Source: a phage
DNA length: 39,474 bases
Sequence record: PZ618369.1
Strand: one strand, 5' to 3'
Part shown: in pieces, positions 34,109-39,474 of the stretch
Layout: every line of letters starts with the position of its first letter
Numbering within the stretch: position 1 is the first letter of the stretch
Notes under the pieces: generated by a model
What the model was told of the DNA's origin: nothing
The model's database searches: none
Seen by the model: only the letters and a program-made list of their open reading frames with translations
Translations under genes and position numbers: made by a program

Positions 34109-36295
34109 ATGTCCACGATTACACAATTCCCTGCAGGAAACACTCAGTACAGGATTGAGTTCGACTACCTATCCAGAACGTTTGTTGTTGTTACGCTGGT
34201 GAATAGCTCTAACCCTACCCTGAACCGTGTACTGGAAGTTGGTCGAGATTACCGATTCCTTAATCCAACGATGATTGAGATGTTGGTTGACCAATCAGGT
34301 TTCGACATCGTTCGTATTCACCGTCAGACTGGAACTGACTTAGTGGTAGACTTCAGAAATGGCTCAGTGTTGACAGCCAGTGACCTGACCAATGCAGAGC
34401 TTCAGGCTATCCATATTGCAGAAGAGGGCAGAGACCAAACGGTTGACTTAGCGAAGGAATATGCTGATGCTGCTGGTACCTCTGCCGGCAACGCTAAGGA
34501 TAGCGAGGACGAAGCACGACGAATCGCTGAGGATATCAAGGCATCTGGTCGAATTGGCTATATTACCCGTCGCTCCTTCGAGAAAGGCTTCAACGTTATA
34601 ACATGGAACGAGGTACTGCTATGGGAAGAGGATGGTGAGTATTACCGTTGGGATGGTACGCTTCCAAAGAACGTTCCTGCTGGTTCAACTCCTGAAACTT
34701 CCGGTGGGATTGGGGTAGGTGCGTGGGTTCTCGTAGGCGATGCTTCACTTCGTATCGCACTAGCTTCTGAAGTAGGGGCATCAATGGTGTCCCGTAACGG
34801 CTCACCCCTAGGCAGAATCATTCGTGCATCACTCTTCGAATACCTTACCGAATCAGATCAGCGAGCATTACTTACTACTTCTGGAGCAGTAGTTGCAGCG
34901 GATTATGCGTTAAAAGCAGCTATAGCTGCTGGAGTTATGGTCCTTGATATACCACGGAACCTAGGGATTATTGAACTTGGTAGAGATCCAGCGACGCTTC
35001 CATTGGGGTTCTCGCTTATAGGATGGGGCTGCCGTCGACCTTATACTGTATCAGATGACAGTAGCTTCCTTAATTGCGGGGTAGTTATCCGCGTAGCAGC
35101 TGGGGCAAGTTTTCCTTTTTATTCAACTGGTCGTCATGTGTTCCGGGATATTGTTTTTGACGGGCGGGATAAAACAACGTATCTTTTTTATTCCACAGAT
35201 AGGTATGCTGAGTTCAACGGTACTCGACTAGAGGGGTGCGGAATTTACCGTTTTGCTATTGGTATTGGTTGGAATAAGGGAGGATCAGCAAGATACATCA
35301 CAACAGTGAAAGCACACTTTTGTTCCCTATCTGGAAATGGGGACGCAGTTAAAAATTTAATAGACTCTATGATGATTGGTTGCACAATCAATGCCAATGA
35401 CCGAGGCGTAGCTCTTGTCGGCGGGGCAAATAGTAACTTTTTCGGAGGATGCCGGAACGAATGGAACGCTGGTGATAACTGGTATGCGCATGAATCAATA
35501 GAAAACCAGATTTCAGGTGAACTGTGCGACAGGGCTGGGCGAGGCGGGGTAGTTGCTGGCAAGGATTCGTCATGGATTGTAACCGGAGTTGTCGTCGCTC
35601 GCAGTGGTGCTAATCAACCAATGAATGATAACTACTCAGCAAACTTTGTTATTATTGATAACGGTAAAATCGTAATCTCTGGGGTGAGAACCAGAAACGG
35701 AGCTAACGAGTGGGGTCAGGGTGGGACAAATTCTCCATCGTTTAACGTATCGGTTCTCGGTTCTGGTAATGGGACACTCCTGGTATCTGGAAGTGATATG
35801 ACCGGTTTTGTTACTTCGGTAATTAACCAGAAGGCTCCTACATTAAATAAAGCTATAACCGGAAATCTCGGTATGGATGATGATGTAAATGTTGGAATGT
35901 CTCAGGTTATTAAAGGAAGACGGATTATTGGTTCACAGTCATCGGGTAGATTGCAAGACACTGTGGGAGCAACGTTATCATTCACTAAGCCCAATATTGC
36001 GCAAGATTTATATGCTACATACGTCACCAGAGCCATATTGATTGAGTGTAGAATTGGCAATACTGCACAAGGTGATTATATAAAAATACCTATAGGGGTA
36101 AGGCACGAAAACAATTTCTATCTTGATGTCATTACCAGTGGAATTGTCGCAAGCTCTGGAAGGATTGGTCTTTCAGGAACTGGGGTTACTGTTAGCTTAT
36201 CTATTGATAGTTCAACAGGTGACATCTCAGTTACGTTAACTAGCGTTGATGGGTTGGTGAGAGATGTTAATGTCTCTTTACTGCCATCAATTTAA
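34109..36295 (+). CDS. 17: tail fibre/tailspike: T7 gp17-like N-terminal adaptor fused to a beta-helix-like C-terminal domain (putative depolymerase)
   Basis: N-terminal ~150 aa resemble recalled T7 gp17 ([37 protein letters not shown]); the remainder is Gly/Asn/Ser/Val-rich with repetitive short strands and has visibly lower GC. Confidence 0.88.
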   Translation: MSTITQFPAGNTQYRIEFDYLSRTFVVVTLVNSSNPTLNRVLEVGRDYRFLNPTMIEMLVDQSGFDIVRIHRQTGTDLVVDFRNGSVLTASDLTNAELQAIHIAEEGRDQTVDLAKEYADAAGTSAGNAKDSEDEARRIAEDIKASGRIGYITRRSFEKGFNVITWNEVLLWEEDGEYYRWDGTLPKNVPAGSTPETSGGIGVGAWVLVGDASLRIALASEVGASMVSRNGSPLGRIIRASLFEYLTESDQRALLTTSGAVVAADYALKAAIAAGVMVLDIPRNLGIIELGRDPATLPLGFSLIGWGCRRPYTVSDDSSFLNCGVVIRVAAGASFPFYSTGRHVFRDIVFDGRDKTTYLFYSTDRYAEFNGTRLEGCGIYRFAIGIGWNKGGSARYITTVKAHFCSLSGNGDAVKNLIDSMMIGCTINANDRGVALVGGANSNFFGGCRNEWNAGDNWYAHESIENQISGELCDRAGRGGVVAGKDSSWIVTGVVVARSGANQPMNDNYSANFVIIDNGKIVISGVRTRNGANEWGQGGTNSPSFNVSVLGSGNGTLLVSGSDMTGFVTSVINQKAPTLNKAITGNLGMDDDVNVGMSQVIKGRRIIGSQSSGRLQDTVGATLSFTKPNIAQDLYATYVTRAILIECRIGNTAQGDYIKIPIGVRHENNFYLDVITSGIVASSGRIGLSGTGVTVSLSIDSSTGDISVTLTSVDGLVRDVNVSLLPSI

Positions 36296-36412
36296 GAGTG
36301 AGAACGAAAGTCGAAACAGAACTGTGGTTGTGGAGGTAGAGGTTGACTACACGCTGACCAACGCATGTAATAACTTTGGGTCACGGACGACCCGCTTTAA
36401 ACTGGAGGTTTT

Positions 36413-36607
36413 ATGATTGAGTTAGACTTCAAGAATGAGGTCCTTAAAGCCTCTCCTATCGTCGGGACCGCTGCGGCTGATGGTGCCAGTCGGTTCTTCT
36501 TCGGGCTCACACTTAACGAATGGTTCTACGTTGCAGCTATCGCGTACACCGTTGTCCAGATTGGTGTGCTAGTCTATAAAACGATTAAAGGAGGTGGTAA
36601 AACATGA
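36413..36607 (+). CDS. 17.5: class II holin
   Basis: LKASPIVGTAAADGASRFFFGLTLNEWFYVAAIAYTVVQIG matches recalled T7 gp17.5. Confidence 0.85.
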   Translation: MIELDFKNEVLKASPIVGTAAADGASRFFFGLTLNEWFYVAAIAYTVVQIGVLVYKTIKGGGKT

Positions 36608-36867
36608 CGCAGATGGACTTAGAGAAGTTCCTCTTAATGCTGGATACTGAACGTGCTCGACTCATGCTGCAAGACCTGCGGGATGACTCTAAGCGTTCAC
36701 CTCAGCTCTACAACGCCATTGAGAAGCTGCTTGCTCGTCATAACTTTGTGTTAAGCAAGGTGTCTGTTGACGAGAAGACGCTGGCTGATATGGAGGCCCT
36801 GAACGCAGAGTACGATAAGGTGCTTTCAGCGACTGAGGATAATGACACAGGGTATGGCGTTCAATAA
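36604..36867 (+). CDS. 18: terminase small subunit
   Basis: synteny and size (87 aa vs 89 in T7). Confidence 0.8.
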   Translation: MTQMDLEKFLLMLDTERARLMLQDLRDDSKRSPQLYNAIEKLLARHNFVLSKVSVDEKTLADMEALNAEYDKVLSATEDNDTGYGVQ

Positions 36868-36871
36868 GTGT

Positions 36872-36915
36872 TAGACTCAAGGTCATTACTATATGTAGTG
36901 GCCTTTATGGTTAAC
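36872..36915 (+). promoter_or_regulatory. conserved hairpin element, third copy (candidate RNase III site)
   Basis: TTAGACTCAAGGTCATTACTATATGTAGTGGCCTTTATGGTTAAC. Confidence 0.5.
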
Positions 36916-36968
36916 ACTAACTAGTGGAGGCGACTCTACGTGAAATCTGATAAACCGGGAGGGCAACT

Positions 36969-37418
36969 ATGCTCGAATTTTTAAAGAGAGCGGCTCCGTG
37001 GTTACTTGCAGCAGTGATGTTTGCTGGTGGCTACCACACCGCTAACAATAAGTGGGAGGCTAAGGTCAATGCAGAATACACCTCGAATCTTAAGGCATCG
37101 GAAGATACAAGGCTTGCTGTCCAAGCTGAAGTCAACAAAGTGTCCAAACGGTTTCAGGACGAAATGTCCTCGTTGGAAGGCAGCACTGATAGGATTATTG
37201 CTGACCTTCAGTCTGACAATAAGCGGTTGCGCGTCCGAGTCAAACCAACGAGTGGAACCACGCAAAGTGACGGTCGATGCATCATTGATGGTTACGCCGA
37301 ACTTGACGAACGAGATGCTAAACGTCTTATCGCCATCGGAGTGAAAGGAGACAAGTGGATTAAGGCCCTTCAGGACACTGTGAGAGCCTTGCAGCAAGAT
37401 AAGGAGGTGACGCATTGA
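36969..37418 (+). CDS. 18.5: i-spanin (Rz-like)
   Basis: N-terminal TM segment ([11 protein letters not shown]), coiled-coil-like body, gene 18.5 position, embedded lipoprotein ORF. Confidence 0.8.
   Translation: MLEFLKRAAPWLLAAVMFAGGYHTANNKWEAKVNAEYTSNLKASEDTRLAVQAEVNKVSKRFQDEMSSLEGSTDRIIADLQSDNKRLRVRVKPTSGTTQSDGRCIIDGYAELDERDAKRLIAIGVKGDKWIKALQDTVRALQQDKEVTH
37069..37344 (+). CDS. 18.7: o-spanin (Rz1-like lipoprotein) embedded in the +1 frame of the i-spanin gene
   Basis: [25 protein letters not shown]...[17 protein letters not shown] matches recalled T7 gp18.7 ([25 protein letters not shown]...SLMVEPNLTTEMLNV); lipobox LTISGC; start codon uncertain. Confidence 0.7.
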   Translation: MQNTPRILRHRKIQGLLSKLKSTKCPNGFRTKCPRWKAALIGLLLTFSLTISGCASESNQRVEPRKVTVDASLMVTPNLTNEMLNVLSPSE

Positions 37419-39178
37419 GTAACGATTTAGTGGCGCGTCAGGCGCTAATGACTGCCCGTATGAAGGCAGACTTCGTGTTCTTCCTGTTCGTCCTGTGGAA
37501 AGCTCTGTCACTCCCAGTCCCGACTCGCTGTCAGATTGACATGGCGAAGAAGCTATCGGCTGGGGACAGCAGGCGCTTCATCCTGCAGGCGTTCCGTGGT
37601 ATCGGGAAGTCCTTCATTACATGTGCCTTCGTGGTCTGGAAGCTATGGAACAACCCAGACTTGAAGTTCATGATTGTGTCGGCCTCAAAGGAACGAGCCG
37701 ATGCGAACTCCATCTTCATCAAGCGAATCATCGACCTCATGCCACAGCTTCAGGAACTCAAACCTAAGCAGGGACAGCGAGATGCGGTTATCAGCTTCGA
37801 TGTTGGGCCAGCAAAGCCAGACCACTCACCTTCGGTTAAGTCCGTTGGTATCACTGGTCAGTTGACTGGTAGTCGTGCTGACATCCTTATTGCAGATGAC
37901 GTTGAGGTTCCAAACAACTCAGCGACTCAGGCTGCGCGAGACCGACTGTCAGAGCTTGTGAAAGAGTTCGACGCTATTCTGAAGCCGGGAGGTACAATCA
38001 TCTATCTGGGTACTCCTCAGAACGAGATGACCCTGTATCGTGAGTTGGAAGGCCGCGGGTACACCACTACTATCTGGCCCGCTCGTTATCCACGCGACAG
38101 GAAGGACTGGCAGTCTTACGGCGACCGTCTGGCTCCTATGCTTCAGGCAGAGCTTGAAGAGGACCCTGAGTCCTTCTACTGGCGTCCAACAGATGAGGTA
38201 CGATTCGAGGATACGGACCTGAAGGAACGTGAGCTGTCATACGGTAAAGCTGGCTTCGCTCTACAGTTCATGCTTAACCCGAACCTGAGTGATGCTGAGA
38301 AGTATCCTCTGAAGCTCCGTGACCTTATCGTAGCCGACTTGGACCCAGAGTCCAGCCCAATGGTCTACCAATGGTTGCCAAACACTCAGAACAAGCGTGA
38401 GGACGTTCCTAACGTTGGACTCATGGGTGACTCATACCACACGTATCAGACTGTAGGTTCTGCCTTCAGCTCGTACACCCAGAAGATTCTGGTCATTGAC
38501 CCTAGTGGTCGTGGTAAGGATGAAACTGGTTATGCGGTACTGTACCAGCTCAACGGCTACATCTTCGCTATGGAAGTTGGTGGTATGCGTGGTGGATATG
38601 AAGACTCTACGCTGGAAGCCTTGGCTAAGATTGGTCGTAAGTGGAAGGTCAACGAATACGTCATTGAGGGTAACTTCGGTGATGGTATGTACCTTGAGCT
38701 GTTCAAGCCTGTAGCGGCCCGTATCCATCCAGCGGCTGTAACTGAAGTGAAGAGTAAGGGTCAGAAAGAACTACGCATCTGTGACGTTCTGGAGCCTATC
38801 ATGGGGTCTCACCGTCTTATCGTCAACGCTGCTGCTATCGTCCAAGACTACCAGACAGCCTCTGATAAGGATGGTGTGCGTAACCATATCTACTCTCTCT
38901 TCTATCAGATGACCCGTATCTCTCGTGAACGTGGAGCCTTGGCACATGATGACCGACTTGATGCGCTGGCTATCGGTGTACAGTTCTTCGTTGAGTCTAT
39001 GGCTAAGGATGCCAACAAAGGTGAACGTGAAGTCACTGAGGAGTGGCTGGAGGAACAGATGGAGAACCCACGGAAAGGCTTCGAGTCCATCCACACTGAG
39101 TTCTGGGACAATGGGGTCAGGGTAACTCACGATACGGACGACGAGCTTGGATTAGGGTCATACGTTACGTTCCACTAG
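37415..39178 (+). CDS. 19: terminase large subunit
   Basis: 587 aa vs 586 in T7; synteny; last large gene before the right end. Confidence 0.95.
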   Translation: MSNDLVARQALMTARMKADFVFFLFVLWKALSLPVPTRCQIDMAKKLSAGDSRRFILQAFRGIGKSFITCAFVVWKLWNNPDLKFMIVSASKERADANSIFIKRIIDLMPQLQELKPKQGQRDAVISFDVGPAKPDHSPSVKSVGITGQLTGSRADILIADDVEVPNNSATQAARDRLSELVKEFDAILKPGGTIIYLGTPQNEMTLYRELEGRGYTTTIWPARYPRDRKDWQSYGDRLAPMLQAELEEDPESFYWRPTDEVRFEDTDLKERELSYGKAGFALQFMLNPNLSDAEKYPLKLRDLIVADLDPESSPMVYQWLPNTQNKREDVPNVGLMGDSYHTYQTVGSAFSSYTQKILVIDPSGRGKDETGYAVLYQLNGYIFAMEVGGMRGGYEDSTLEALAKIGRKWKVNEYVIEGNFGDGMYLELFKPVAARIHPAAVTEVKSKGQKELRICDVLEPIMGSHRLIVNAAAIVQDYQTASDKDGVRNHIYSLFYQMTRISRERGALAHDDRLDALAIGVQFFVESMAKDANKGEREVTEEWLEEQMENPRKGFESIHTEFWDNGVRVTHDTDDELGLGSYVTFH

Positions 39179-39275
39179 CTGAATGAATAACTATAGGAGA
39201 AAGCTGCATGAATACGCAGTTAGTACCCTATAGTTACTACCAGTCTAACCTACTGTTTTACAAGGAGTTTGGACT

Positions 39276-39294
39276 TAACTATCACTATAGGGAA
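39276..39294 (+). promoter_or_regulatory. phage RNAP promoter (right-end phiOR-type), TTAACTATCACTATAGGGAAGA
   Basis: consensus match, +1 G near 39290; downstream of gene 19. Confidence 0.7.
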
Positions 39295-39474
39295 GACCCC
39301 CGGTTACTTATAGTATTACTGTAGTGAATATACATATGCAGACTTTATGCAAGACCTTAGGAGGCAGACTCCGAGTTCTTACCTAAGGCTTGCACCGATG
39401 GAAGGAGGGTGATATTAATCATAATCCCTCCAATACAGATAGTAAAGACCATAGATACAGGAGGTATGTAGCAT

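Noticed and set aside
39186-39210. Partial promoter-like sequence GAATAACTATAGGAGAAAG
   Set aside because: Lacks the conserved ATCACT (-12 to -7) segment present in all eleven confident promoters; more likely an RBS (AGGAGA) for a possible small ORF than a promoter.

Overview
The window is an essentially complete genome of a T7-like podovirus (Autographiviridae, T7/T3 group), about 39.5 kb, with every credible gene on the + strand in canonical T7 order. From left to right: a T3-type SAM hydrolase (gene 0.3), a gp0.7 protein kinase, RNA polymerase (gene 1), ligase (1.3), gp1.7, gp2, SSB (2.5), endonuclease I (3), lysozyme/amidase (3.5), primase-helicase (4), DNA polymerase (5), gp5.5, gp5.7, exonuclease (6), portal (8), scaffold (9), capsid 10A/10B, tail tube 11/12, internal virion proteins 13-16, tailspike (17), holin (17.5), terminase small subunit (18), spanins (18.5/18.7) and terminase large subunit (19). 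The sequence appears circularly permuted: a gene 19.5-position ORF starts at base 1 with its ribosome-binding site at the 3' end of the window, and a T7-like genome terminus motif lies near position 406. I found eleven phage-RNAP promoters with consensus TAAACTATCACTATAGG(G)A, a sigma70 early promoter, the early terminator TE after the ligase gene, the T-phi terminator after the capsid gene, RNase III-type hairpins and a T7-type -1 frameshift site for capsid 10B. The most likely places for undescribed biology are the accessory ORFs inserted into this conserved backbone: a three-gene module between the kinase and RNAP genes, a 150-aa ORF between genes 3 and 3.5, an ASCH/DUF3850-like ORF between genes 11 and 12, two ORFs between genes 1 and 1.1, a 92-aa ORF at the gene 5.9 position, and a low-GC beta-helix domain on the tailspike. 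All protein assignments rest on my recall of T7/T3 protein sequences and on synteny; no database search was run.
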